From: an uncultured Muribaculaceae bacterium
Lineage (GTDB): Bacteria; Bacillota_I; Bacilli_A; RF39; UBA660
Assembly (NCBI GenBank): GCA_964513345.1
Contig: CAZELY010000005.1
Coordinates: 1 to 43,096, forward strand
DNA length: 43,096 nucleotides
Direction: 5' to 3'
The notes under the pieces were generated by a model, which saw only the letters and a list, made by a program, of their open reading frames with translations, was not told the origin of the DNA and ran no database searches. Both the position numbers and the translations under genes were made by a program. This document shows, one piece after another, positions 11,328 to 20,914 of this stretch. How positions within the stretch are numbered: position 1 is the first letter of the stretch; every line of letters begins with the position of its first letter.

Positions 11328-12156
11328 TGTTGCTAGTTTCGAAAAAACCCACGAGGAACCTCGTGGAAACAATGATAAGTATTGGGTTGATGATAAACTA
11401 ATCAAATATAATGATCCGACATGTCCAGATACTGATGTTATGGAAAGCATTTCCTCATTTATTCTTATGTACCTTGGAATTAAACAAGTTAATGTTGAAC
11501 TTGGATATAATTCAAACAGTGAAATAGTAGAAGAAATGAATTTAAACGATAGTAATTGTTGTATTATTGATTCGTTTTTAACCGAAGAAGGTGACACTTT
11601 AGTGGGCCTACCATCGAAATGGTCAAAAATACTTTCTGATGATGAACAAAAAAACATCAGCGGCTGCTTTTATAAAATGTTTAAAATATTTTCGGAATTT
11701 AGAGATATCTCTGAAGAAGATCTAGAAAATATGAAACGCGATTATGTAAGACAAGTATTAGGTGATTGTATAATAGGCAATGAAGATCGAAGACTTAAAA
11801 ATATTGGTGTTATTTATAACGAAAAACAGGGTAGTTATCGCCTGGCACCTTCATTTGATAATGCCTTAGCTTTTTCAGCTTTTGCCTTTAGTGGTGATGA
11901 TGCATATTGTTTTGTTGGTGAGCAAAACTTTAGATCAGAAGACATAATCGATTATATCGTTAATCATTATTTGGATTATATTAGTGATATTCCAGAAAAA
12001 TTAGAAGAGTTATCTAGTTTTGGCATTGATATCGTACTAAAAAATTATGAAGAAGATATTCCACTAGAAAAAAGAGAATATATATGCGCTTCAATAAAAG
12101 AAAATAGCGCTTATATAAATAAAAAAATAAATGACACAAAAAAAATGAACAAATAG
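11314..12156 (+). CDS. HipA/HipT/CtkA-like protein kinase (HipA_C domain)
   Basis: N-terminal G..DKYW...LIK, catalytic loop GNEDRRLKN, Mg-binding LAPSFDNA. Confidence 0.8.
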   Translation: MERIDVASFEKTHEEPRGNNDKYWVDDKLIKYNDPTCPDTDVMESISSFILMYLGIKQVNVELGYNSNSEIVEEMNLNDSNCCIIDSFLTEEGDTLVGLPSKWSKILSDDEQKNISGCFYKMFKIFSEFRDISEEDLENMKRDYVRQVLGDCIIGNEDRRLKNIGVIYNEKQGSYRLAPSFDNALAFSAFAFSGDDAYCFVGEQNFRSEDIIDYIVNHYLDYISDIPEKLEELSSFGIDIVLKNYEEDIPLEKREYICASIKENSAYINKKINDTKKMNK

Positions 12157-12166
12157 TTCATTTTTA
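12140..12166. terminator. bidirectional terminator between convergent genes
   Basis: AAAAATGAAC-aaata-GTTCATTTTT inverted repeat. Confidence 0.7.
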
Positions 12167-13003
12167 TTTATTTATAATAGTTGAAATTTTTTGTTCAAAC
12201 AATTCAGGTGTATTAGCAATTTCTTCCATCAATTGAATCGATTTAGCAAAGTAAAACCCATCAGAAATTCTCTCATCTAAAGTAGCCCAAAGGTCAACTG
12301 TTTTTTTACCGTCTTCTTCTTTAATAGTGCCAATAGTAATAACAATAGAATTAGTTCCATAATTATTTAAATGGTGGTAGCAAGAATTAGTTTTAATGCT
12401 TCCCAAATTACTCAATAAAACAGTTGCGTAGTTAAGATCTCCCTCAGTTAGGGCTTTAGGGTTCCAACCATGATTATCCAAAAACTTGACAAAAGCGACG
12501 ATTATTGAAAGCAACCATTTAGGAAGTGATGTAAAAAATTTTAAAATGCCATCCATATCATTAGTGCCTTCTTTTCGAGCTTTAAAAACATCAACAGCCA
12601 TCTTATGACTTAAATCAAGCATTGTGTCATTAGGATCTAGATCTAAGGAAATCATCCTTTCTTCACCTTTATCACTTAATTTGTCTTTGGCAACAAAAGC
12701 GAAAGTAATAACATTTCTTTCATATAGTCTTTTATTTTTTATAAAACGATTTAAAATGGGTCTGTTATAAATAGTCATTCCCATGCAAAACGTTAGCGCA
12801 TGAAAATAAGTCATTTTATATTCTAAATTACCCTTGGCATTTTGTTCATCGACGTATTCACATAATTTAGTAATGTCAATATCCACTTTGCTCGATACTT
12901 CAGCCTCGGTTTTTTTATTCATAATAAATGGCATAATGGCCCCAACAGCATCATTCGGTCTTACCCATTTAGCGTCTTTTCTATCTTTATTAAATAATCT
13001 CAT
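12164..13003 (-). CDS. stand-alone 2-oxoacid dehydrogenase E2/CAT-like acyltransferase domain protein
   Basis: Encoded on the MINUS strand (track says +): TTA at 12164-66 is the stop and CAT at 13001-03 the start after GAGGAG. SNLGSI and TLDERISDGFY correspond to E2 SNxG and DHRxxDG; no lipoyl domain. Confidence 0.8.
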   Translation of the reverse strand: MRLFNKDRKDAKWVRPNDAVGAIMPFIMNKKTEAEVSSKVDIDITKLCEYVDEQNAKGNLEYKMTYFHALTFCMGMTIYNRPILNRFIKNKRLYERNVITFAFVAKDKLSDKGEERMISLDLDPNDTMLDLSHKMAVDVFKARKEGTNDMDGILKFFTSLPKWLLSIIVAFVKFLDNHGWNPKALTEGDLNYATVLLSNLGSIKTNSCYHHLNNYGTNSIVITIGTIKEEDGKKTVDLWATLDERISDGFYFAKSIQLMEEIANTPELFEQKISTIINK

Positions 13004-13004
13004 A

Positions 13005-14156
13005 TTACTTCTCCTCAATTAAATTTTTGTATAATTCCAATACTTCCTTAGTGACATCGTCCCAATTTTTATAAACAGTTTTATAAGCACTCTCACAAAC
13101 ATTATCATACAAGTCAGTATTTTCCATAACATCTTTGATTTTTTTTGCATATGCTTTTGGGTCATTCGGTGATAAAAAGCCATTTATGTCATTTTTGATT
13201 CCCGAAGCTGTCGCGGCACCTTCTAAAAATAGGGTTGGTGTTTTCTGTGAAGCGGCTTCAATTTGAACTAACGAATTACAGTCATAAAGTGAAGGAAATA
13301 AGAACAAATCGGCTCTGGCATAATAATAAGCCAATATTTTTCGATCTGTTATTTTGCCACAAAAAATTACATTTTCTAAATTGTTTTCTTTAACATATTC
13401 TTTTAATTCATCCATGTCTTGGCCATCGCCAACAAACAGCATTTTGTAAGGAATATCTAGTTCTTTTAAAGCATCGACTATAAAAAATATATTTTTAAGT
13501 TTATTAATTCTTCCAACAAATAAAAATACGTTATCGTCCTTACTAAGCTGGTGTTTATCATTTACATAGTCACACGCTTTTTTCTTATCAACAGGCTTCA
13601 TTTCAGTAGCATTATACATGATTCTTGGTTTTTGATCATACCCGTATTCGTTCGTTAAAATGTCAGCCACAGACTCGTTAACAGCCCAAACCTCATCGCA
13701 TTTTTTATAAACATTAGTTATTTTTTTAGCTAAATCACTGGCCATATAATCTGATTTTAAAGCTCTTTTGAAGTCTTGCTGATATTGGGCGTGCATTGTG
13801 CCAACAACTGGAATATGATGCTTTTTTGCATATTTTATACCCGCGATTCCAATGGGTGCCGGCGCATGAATATGAACAATATCTAGTTGACAAGCATCCA
13901 AAGTTTTTTTAAAATTTTTATCGAAAGTTGGTAATGGTAGACTATAATCCAAAAATGGCATTTTTACCGAATTACATCTTATAACCTTATAATTAAATTT
14001 ACTATCATCATAATTTTTATCAGTTGATGGTACAAAAACAAAAACATTTGCATATTGTGATAATCTTTTCGCATAATTATCGACAACCATGACAACCCCG
14101 TCAATCATTGGGAAAAATGAATCATTAAATAGTCCAATATTAATCTTTTTATCCAT
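13005..14156 (-). CDS. GT4 glycosyltransferase, 1,2-diacylglycerol glucosyltransferase-like
   Basis: IGLFNDSFFPMIDGV, DIVHIH.P, LFVGRI..KN, ADLFLFPS.YD..LV.IEAA; ATG 14156 is 6 nt after AGGAG. Confidence 0.85.
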   Translation of the reverse strand: MDKKINIGLFNDSFFPMIDGVVMVVDNYAKRLSQYANVFVFVPSTDKNYDDSKFNYKVIRCNSVKMPFLDYSLPLPTFDKNFKKTLDACQLDIVHIHAPAPIGIAGIKYAKKHHIPVVGTMHAQYQQDFKRALKSDYMASDLAKKITNVYKKCDEVWAVNESVADILTNEYGYDQKPRIMYNATEMKPVDKKKACDYVNDKHQLSKDDNVFLFVGRINKLKNIFFIVDALKELDIPYKMLFVGDGQDMDELKEYVKENNLENVIFCGKITDRKILAYYYARADLFLFPSLYDCNSLVQIEAASQKTPTLFLEGAATASGIKNDINGFLSPNDPKAYAKKIKDVMENTDLYDNVCESAYKTVYKNWDDVTKEVLELYKNLIEEK

Positions 14157-14207
14157 ATGCATCTCCTAGATAATTATAGCATAAATACTAGCAAAATAAA
14201 AAACGCT

Positions 14208-14504
14208 TTAGCGTTTATTTTTTAAAATATATTCCTTAGCCTCAGGATATGAATCGATTATGCTGGCTTCATATAAAAAACTTTCAGCTTCCCAATTTGC
14301 GATGTCTTCGTCACTAATGTAATCGGGAATGTTATAAGTTTTTTGCTTTTTTTCATCGACAAAGCCATAGCCATATTCCTGATATAAAACTTCTTCCATA
14401 CTACCATTATATTTTTGATCAGTAGGAAGATAATCTAAAACCTCACGATCAATTGATGCCATAATCTCAGCTTCAATATCATCACAACTAATTATTTTAC
14501 CCAT
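14208..14504 (-). CDS. hypothetical acidic protein
   Basis: 98-aa ORF with GAGGGGAG RBS and a downstream hairpin AAACGC-ttta-GCGTTT (14201-14216). Confidence 0.65.
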   Translation of the reverse strand: MGKIISCDDIEAEIMASIDREVLDYLPTDQKYNGSMEEVLYQEYGYGFVDEKKQKTYNIPDYISDEDIANWEAESFLYEASIIDSYPEAKEYILKNKR

Positions 14505-14608
14505 ATAACTCTCCCCTCGGGTTAATATAATACACTTTAATGTAGATTATGTCAAATATTTACAAAAAACAACAGATATTATATAATAAATTAGAATTAG
14601 GTGATGAT

Positions 14609-15361
14609 ATGAAAGCATTAATAACAGGCGCGAGTAGCGGAATTGGAAGAGATATGGCTAAAGAATTAGTTAGCCGTGGCTATGAAGTTATTTTAGTTGC
14701 AAGAAGAAAAGAAAAATTAGAAAAAATAGCCAGTGAGCTTAATGGAAAAGCAAAAATTATTAGTATGGATATTTCTAACACAAGTAATTGCAGGAAACTT
14801 TATGAACAATTAAAAAATGAAGACATCGATATTTTAATAAACAATGCCGGATTTGGTATATTTGGAAAATTTGATCAAACAAATTTAGACAAAGAATTAG
14901 AAATGATTGACGTTAATGTTAAAGCTGTACATGTTTTAACAAAATTGTTCTTACAGGACTTTAAAAAGAAAGACAAAGGTTATATTTTAAATGTTGCTTC
15001 TTCAGCAGGTTTTTTACCGGGACCACTTATGGCAACTTATTATTCATCAAAAGCTTATGTTCTTAATTTAACCGAAGCTATATATGGCGAATTAAAAAAG
15101 GATAAAAGCAATGTCCACATTAGTGTTTTATGTCCAGGACCGGTAGACACCGAATTTAATAGTGTTGCCGGGGTGACATTTCATACTAAATCTTTGAGTA
15201 GTAATAAGGTTGCTTCTTATGCCATAAATAAAATGTTTAAGAAAAAAATGATCATTATTCCGGGGCTTTATATGAAGATTGCAATATTCTTTATGAGATT
15301 TGCGCCACGTAAAATGCTACTAAATATTGCCCATGACATTCAAAGTAAAAAAAGAAAATAA
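14609..15361 (+). CDS. short-chain dehydrogenase/reductase (SDR)
   Basis: TGASSGIG, NNAG, YYSSK catalytic motif, CPGPV; ATG 14609 after AGGTGA. Confidence 0.93.
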   Translation: MKALITGASSGIGRDMAKELVSRGYEVILVARRKEKLEKIASELNGKAKIISMDISNTSNCRKLYEQLKNEDIDILINNAGFGIFGKFDQTNLDKELEMIDVNVKAVHVLTKLFLQDFKKKDKGYILNVASSAGFLPGPLMATYYSSKAYVLNLTEAIYGELKKDKSNVHISVLCPGPVDTEFNSVAGVTFHTKSLSSNKVASYAINKMFKKKMIIIPGLYMKIAIFFMRFAPRKMLLNIAHDIQSKKRK

Positions 15362-15443
15362 CACATAATTAAATTTTATGTGTTTTTTTCTTTACAATGA
15401 ATAAAAGTTTATCTATAATAGATTATTAAGTGTGGTGAGGAGA

Positions 15444-16250
15444 ATGAAAAACATAATTGAAATAGAACGCTTAAATTTTTCATATGGGAAAAATTTAGTT
15501 ATAAATGATCTTACATTAAATATACCTGAAGGTTCTTTCACCACCATTTTAGGTCTAAATGGTAGTGGTAAAACAACTATCATTAAACTTATATTAGGGC
15601 TTATTAGAGGAAATTCGGTTATCATGTGTGACAATGCACCTGTGACCAATGAAAAACTAACAGTTTTACGAAAAGAAATTGGTGTAGTTTTTGAAAATAT
15701 TGAAAACTGTTTTGTTAACGAGACAGTTATGGATGAAATTGCTTTTACGCTTGAAAACTTAAATTTAGATAGAACTGAAATTAGTCGAAGAGTAACAAGT
15801 ATAGCCAACAAACTCAAGATAAAAAAGATACTAGAACATTCGCCTGAAGAACTTAGTTATGAAGATAAGTGGCTTACGGCCTTAGCTTCAGCCTTAGTGA
15901 TAAATCCAAAAATATTAATAATAGACAATGGTTTCATATTTTTAAATCATGCGAAGAAAAAAATAGTTTTGGATCTTCTAAGGCGATATAATAAAAAGGG
16001 CATGACGATTATTAATGCAACAAGTGACTCAAACGAAGCTTTATATGGCGATAATGTTGTTATTTTAAATGGTGGCAAAGCTATTTTAGTAGGTTCTAAA
16101 GAAGAAATATTCAATGAGGAAAAAATATTGGATAAGGCAGGCATAAAAATGCCATTTATGATTGAATTATCTGACAAACTTAAATTTTATGATTTGATTG
16201 ATAAAACTTATTTTGACGAGGAAAAGCTGGTGGATGAATTATGGCAATAA
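15444..16250 (+). CDS. ecfA1: ECF transporter ATPase EcfA1 (degenerate motifs)
   Basis: Walker A GLNGSGKT; position upstream of ecfA2-ecfT-truA; signature, Walker B and H-loop altered. Confidence 0.8.
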   Translation: MKNIIEIERLNFSYGKNLVINDLTLNIPEGSFTTILGLNGSGKTTIIKLILGLIRGNSVIMCDNAPVTNEKLTVLRKEIGVVFENIENCFVNETVMDEIAFTLENLNLDRTEISRRVTSIANKLKIKKILEHSPEELSYEDKWLTALASALVINPKILIIDNGFIFLNHAKKKIVLDLLRRYNKKGMTIINATSDSNEALYGDNVVILNGGKAILVGSKEEIFNEEKILDKAGIKMPFMIELSDKLKFYDLIDKTYFDEEKLVDELWQ

Positions 16251-17071
16251 AATTTGAAGAAGTCAGTTTTTTAAATCCCATTGACAAGGAACCATATATT
16301 AATAAGTTGAGTTTGCATATATTAGATGATGAAATTGTTGGTTTTATTGGAAAATCTGGTTGTGGTAAAAGTATATTATTAGAATTAATGGGAGGTTTGA
16401 AGTACAAAGATAGTGGTATTATCAAAATTAATGATTATTATTTGGAAAGTGAAAATAAATCACTAACAAAAATTTTAAAAAATGTTGGTTTCATGACTCA
16501 GCATCCTGAAAAACTATTTTTTTGTGAAACAGTTAAAGACGAAATAGAATTTGCATTAAAAAATTACAATGTAAAAAATATTGAAAAGCAAATACATAAC
16601 TCTTTAAAAATGGTAGGGTTAAATGATAGTTACTTGGAAAGAAACCCCTTTGATTTGAGTCAGGGTGAAAAGCGCATGTTAAGTTTAGCGATAGTCCTAG
16701 CTTATAATCCTAAAATCCTTCTACTAGACGAACCCGTATTAGGATTGGATTCTAGATCTAGAGACTACGTTATCAAATTAATTAAGATGATGAAATATCG
16801 TTATCATAAAACCATTGTCATCAGTACAAACGATACTGATTTACTATTAGAAGTTGCCGATAAAATTTATTTAATGAATAAAGGTAAAATCGTTATAAGT
16901 GGTGGGAAGTATGAAATATTAAGTAATACAGAATTATTGACAAAAAATGATATAAATATTCCTAAGTTTATTTATTTTTCAGAATTAGTTAAGAAAAAGA
17001 AAAACAAAAAAATACGTGTTCATAATGATATTAATGATTTAATAAAGGACGTATATCGCCATGTTAAATAA
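16241..17071 (+). CDS. ecfA2: ECF transporter ATPase EcfA2
   Basis: GKSGCGKS, ERNPFDLSQGEKR, LLLDEP. Confidence 0.85.
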   Translation: MAIKFEEVSFLNPIDKEPYINKLSLHILDDEIVGFIGKSGCGKSILLELMGGLKYKDSGIIKINDYYLESENKSLTKILKNVGFMTQHPEKLFFCETVKDEIEFALKNYNVKNIEKQIHNSLKMVGLNDSYLERNPFDLSQGEKRMLSLAIVLAYNPKILLLDEPVLGLDSRSRDYVIKLIKMMKYRYHKTIVISTNDTDLLLEVADKIYLMNKGKIVISGGKYEILSNTELLTKNDINIPKFIYFSELVKKKKNKKIRVHNDINDLIKDVYRHVK

Positions 17072-17813
17072 TATATCAATTGGAAAATATTATAGTACAA
17101 AATCAAATATTCATTTTATGCATCCATTATCAAAAATAATATGCACATTGATATTTTTGATATTAGCTTTAGCTGCATTTGATTTACGAACTATCTTAGG
17201 ATTAGTAATAATTACTATATTTGTCATTATGAATACGAATATTCCATTAATTATTTATTATAATTTAATTAAAAATTTAAAAATATTTTTAATAATAATT
17301 TTTCTGTTTTTCTTATTAGTTACTTTTTCATTTTATATTAGTCTAGTAGTTACTTTAAAAATAATATTAATAATTCTATATATCTCTATTTTAACTTTAA
17401 CAACACCTACTACAGAAATAGTTTATGGTTTAGAAAAAATATTATATCCCCTAGAAAGATTTAATATTAAATCAAATATTTTAGCTTTAAATATCGGTCT
17501 ATCTTTAAGATTTATTCCGACATTAATAGATACTCGAAATAATATTTTAGTTTCACAAATAAATCGTGGACTAGACTACCGTAATAATTTTAAAAGTTAT
17601 ATAAAAGCTATGAAAAATATGCTTTCCTCCGTATTTTTACTATCAATTAGAAAATTCAAAAAACTAAAAGAGTCCATGTTTATAAGATTATATAGTGTAA
17701 ATAGTGAAAGATGCAATTTTAGAATCAATGATTTTAAATTATTTGACTTTATTTTAATTTTGTTACATGTTACACTATTAGTAGTCGTTATTTTGAAAGG
17801 AGTAATTATATGA
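17061..17813 (+). CDS. ecfT: ECF transporter transmembrane component EcfT
   Basis: Hydrophobic; IGKYY..S.IH.MHPLSK, LSLRFIPTL, SQINRG. Confidence 0.85.
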   Translation: MLNNISIGKYYSTKSNIHFMHPLSKIICTLIFLILALAAFDLRTILGLVIITIFVIMNTNIPLIIYYNLIKNLKIFLIIIFLFFLLVTFSFYISLVVTLKIILIILYISILTLTTPTTEIVYGLEKILYPLERFNIKSNILALNIGLSLRFIPTLIDTRNNILVSQINRGLDYRNNFKSYIKAMKNMLSSVFLLSIRKFKKLKESMFIRLYSVNSERCNFRINDFKLFDFILILLHVTLLVVVILKGVII

Positions 17814-18553
17814 GATATTTTATGACTTTTTCTTATGATGGTTCAAAATATAAGGGCTATCAAAAACAACCTAAGCAAAAAACAATTCAAGGTGAGCTTG
17901 AGAAAGCCTTAAAAAAAATAAATAGTAATAATAGTGTGGACGTTGTTGCTTCTGGTCGTACTGATGCTGGAGTGCATGCATATAATCAAAAAGCCCATTT
18001 TGATTTAGAAATGGAAAATATTACTCCTGAAAAATTAATGGATGGGATGAATAGTTTACTACCAGATGATATTTATATTAAAAGCATGGAAATTGTTCCT
18101 GATGATTTTCATGCCCGATATAACGCTAAAGCTAAAGAATATATTTACAAAATAAATATGGATAACTATGATCCGATTGAGAGAAATTATGTTTATCAAT
18201 ATAATAAAAAGTTAGATGTTGTAGAAATTGAAAGAGCTTTAAAATATTTAGAAGGGACACACGATTTTAAGTCTTTTACTAAAGCTGATGACGAGAAAGA
18301 AGATTATACACGAACTATTGTCCAAACAAATTTAATTCGCGACTTAAAAAATGTTAACAAAATTACTGTTTCTTTTTTAGGAACAGGATTTCTCAGATAT
18401 CAAGTTCGAAATATGATTGGTACATTAATTGAAATTGGCGAAGGAAAACGAAAAAGCGAGGAGATTATTGATATTTTGAATCAAAAAGACCGAACTAAAG
18501 CTGGTAAAACGGCAGCTCCAGAAGGATTATATTTAAAAGATGTTCTATATTAA
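17810..18553 (+). CDS. truA: tRNA pseudouridine(38-40) synthase
   Basis: YDGS.Y.GYQ, SGRTDAGVHA, GTHDFKSF, GFLRYQVR. Confidence 0.97.
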   Translation: MRYFMTFSYDGSKYKGYQKQPKQKTIQGELEKALKKINSNNSVDVVASGRTDAGVHAYNQKAHFDLEMENITPEKLMDGMNSLLPDDIYIKSMEIVPDDFHARYNAKAKEYIYKINMDNYDPIERNYVYQYNKKLDVVEIERALKYLEGTHDFKSFTKADDEKEDYTRTIVQTNLIRDLKNVNKITVSFLGTGFLRYQVRNMIGTLIEIGEGKRKSEEIIDILNQKDRTKAGKTAAPEGLYLKDVLY

Positions 18554-18594
18554 TGTTATTGACATATAAAACTATAAAAAAGCATATATTTTTA

Positions 18595-18623
18595 TTGACT
18601 TTTTATAGTTTTTTTTATATAAT
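18595..18623 (+). promoter_or_regulatory. sigma-A promoter of rplM-rpsI
   Basis: TTGACT-17 bp-TATAAT. Confidence 0.8.
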
Positions 18624-18629
18624 TGATAG

Positions 18630-18695
18630 CGGTACATTTAATTAATCCCACATTTAATAAGTCCTGGGAAAACTTATTAATTGTAAAGGAGAAAG
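18630..18695 (+). ncRNA. L13 leader (ribosomal protein autoregulatory RNA)
   Basis: 5' UTR of rplM with hairpin TTAATAAGT-cctgggaaa-ACTTATTAA, resembling the Bacilli L13 leader core UAAG-CCCGGAAA-CUUA. Confidence 0.65.
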
Positions 18696-18704
18696 GAAAT
18701 TATT

Positions 18705-19136
18705 ATGAAAACATACATGCAAAAAAAGGAAGATATAGCTCGTAAATGGTATGTTGTCGATGCTGAAGGTATTACTTTAGGTCGTCTAGCTACAAAAGTT
18801 GCTTCTATTTTAAGAGGTAAACACAAACCTACATACACTCCTCATATTGATGGAGGCGATTATGTAATTGTCATTAATGCTGGCAAGGTTAAATTAACTG
18901 GAAATAAATTAAATGACAAAATTTATTATAATCATAGTAGATATACTGGTGGTTTAAGAGAAAGAACCGCAAAAGAAATGATTGAAAAATATCCTGTTGA
19001 AATGATCGAAAGAGCCGTTAAAGGCATGCTTCCAAATGGAAGATTAGGTAGACAAATGTATAAAAAATTATTTGTATATGCAGAAAGTGAACATCCACAT
19101 AGTGCGCAAAAACCAGAAGCACTTAAAATGGATTAG
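18705..19136 (+). CDS. rplM: 50S ribosomal protein L13
   Basis: [34 protein letters not shown]. Confidence 0.98.
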   Translation: MKTYMQKKEDIARKWYVVDAEGITLGRLATKVASILRGKHKPTYTPHIDGGDYVIVINAGKVKLTGNKLNDKIYYNHSRYTGGLRERTAKEMIEKYPVEMIERAVKGMLPNGRLGRQMYKKLFVYAESEHPHSAQKPEALKMD

Positions 19137-19146
19137 GAGGGTTTAA

Positions 19147-19566
19147 ATGGCTGAACAAAGAAAATTTTATGGAACTGGTAGAAGAAAAGCATCTGTTGCG
19201 AGAGTTACTTTAGTAGCGCCTGGGAAAGGCAATATTACTATTAATGGCAGAGATGTTAGAGACTTCATGCCATATGAAACCAATGTAATGGATTTAATGC
19301 AACCATTAGTTGCTACAAATAATGAAAAAACATTTGATATTATTGTTACCGTAAATGGCGGTGGCTTTACAGGACAAACAGGAGCTATTAGACTTGGTAT
19401 CACAAGAGCACTTCTTGAATATGATAAAGATAATGAAGCCAACGAAGATAGTTATAGAAAAATCTTAAAAAGAGCAGGATTTGTTACGAGAGACCCAAGA
19501 GCAAAAGAAAGAAAGAAACCTGGACTTAAAGGAGCTCGTCGTGCACCACAATTCTCAAAAAGATAA
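19147..19566 (+). CDS. rpsI: 30S ribosomal protein S9
   Basis: [32 protein letters not shown]. Confidence 0.98.
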   Translation: MAEQRKFYGTGRRKASVARVTLVAPGKGNITINGRDVRDFMPYETNVMDLMQPLVATNNEKTFDIIVTVNGGGFTGQTGAIRLGITRALLEYDKDNEANEDSYRKILKRAGFVTRDPRAKERKKPGLKGARRAPQFSKR

Positions 19567-19568
19567 TG

Positions 19569-19595
19569 AAAATTCCGTGTTTACGGAATTTTTTT
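19569..19595 (+). terminator. intrinsic terminator after rpsI
   Basis: AAAATTCCGT-gttt-ACGGAATTTT followed by T run. Confidence 0.85.
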
Positions 19596-19630
19596 ATGTG
19601 GTATAATTATTTTAGAAAGATAGTGATAAT

Positions 19631-20410
19631 ATGGATGAATATTTAGAATTTGCTAAAGAAATTGCCGATTATGCTGGAAAAATCATGAAAGAATACTTTT
19701 ATAGTAATCAAAAAAATACTACTTATAAAAGCGATAGAACACCAGTTACTATTGCTGATGAGAAAATAAATCAGTATTTAATCAAAAAAGTAAAAGAAAA
19801 ATATCCCACGCACAGTGTTTTGGGTGAAGAAGCAAGTAATAAGCAGCAATCTAAATACGCTTGGGTTTGTGATCCTTTAGATGGTACCGCAAGTTTTGTA
19901 AGAGGTGTTCCTATTGCCGTTTTTTCGTTAGCGCTTGTTATCGATGGCAATCCCGAAATTGGAGTTGTTTATGATCCTTTTTTAGACAATATGTATACCG
20001 CAATTAAGGGACAAGGCGCATATTGTAATAATAAAGAAATTCACGTCAATAATATCGATTATAAAGAATTAGGATGCTCAATAGATTGTTATATGTGGCA
20101 TAGCGCTAAATATGATACACTAGAAATTATTAGAGATATTAGGGCAGGCGCTAAAACCTTTGAAACTGGCAGTGTAGCTCATGGATCTATGCTAGTTGCC
20201 AGCGGGAAGATAAGCGCAGTAATTTTTCCTGGAAGCGAACACGCTAATTGTGATTTGGCTGCCAGCAAATTAATTGTCGAAGAGGCCGGTGGAAAAGTGA
20301 CAGACTTGTTTGGAAAAAATCAACGATTTGATCAAGATTTAAATGGTGCAATATTAAGTAATGGAATCATTCATGAAAAACTAGTTTCAGTAGCCAAGAA
20401 GGTATTATAA
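19631..20410 (+). CDS. inositol monophosphatase family protein (SuhB/HisN-like)
   Basis: VTIAD, GEE, WVCDPLDGT, DLAAS.LIVEEAGG. Confidence 0.9.
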   Translation: MDEYLEFAKEIADYAGKIMKEYFYSNQKNTTYKSDRTPVTIADEKINQYLIKKVKEKYPTHSVLGEEASNKQQSKYAWVCDPLDGTASFVRGVPIAVFSLALVIDGNPEIGVVYDPFLDNMYTAIKGQGAYCNNKEIHVNNIDYKELGCSIDCYMWHSAKYDTLEIIRDIRAGAKTFETGSVAHGSMLVASGKISAVIFPGSEHANCDLAASKLIVEEAGGKVTDLFGKNQRFDQDLNGAILSNGIIHEKLVSVAKKVL

Positions 20411-20463
20411 AAGTATAGAAAAAAATAGTTTTGTGTGCTATAATAACGGCGAGGAGGAAAAGT

Positions 20464-20859
20464 ATGATAAAAGAGTTTAAAGAATTTATCGCAAGAGGAA
20501 ACGTAATGGATTTAGCTGTCGGCGTTATCGTTGGTGCTGCCTTCGGCAAAATTGTAACATCACTAGTAAATGATATTTTGATGCCATTACTTGGATTAAT
20601 TTTAGGAGGTATTGATTTTACTGGACTTGCCATTAAAGTCGGCGACGCTAAAATTATGTATGGTAACTTTATACAAAGTGCTATTGATTTCTTGATTGTT
20701 GCATTCTGTATTTTCTTAATGGTTAAAGCCGTAAATAAATTCTTATCTAAAGCTAAAAAAGATACAACAGAGGAGAATGTTGAAGATATTGAAGAAAAAG
20801 TTAATGATGAAGTTAAACTTTTAGAAGAAATTAGAGACTTATTAAAAAAGAGAAAATAA
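20464..20859 (+). CDS. mscL: large-conductance mechanosensitive channel
   Basis: [33 protein letters not shown]; ATG 20464 after GAGGAGG. Confidence 0.97.
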   Translation: MIKEFKEFIARGNVMDLAVGVIVGAAFGKIVTSLVNDILMPLLGLILGGIDFTGLAIKVGDAKIMYGNFIQSAIDFLIVAFCIFLMVKAVNKFLSKAKKDTTEENVEDIEEKVNDEVKLLEEIRDLLKKRK

Positions 20860-20914
20860 TCTCTTTTTTTGTGTCAAAATTGATGTAAAGTCGCTAATTT
20901 TTCGAAAAATCCTA

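Noticed and set aside
12164-13018. ORF track entry labelled + strand
   Set aside because: The listed protein reads only from the reverse complement (stop TTA at 12164, start CAT at 13003); reported as minus strand
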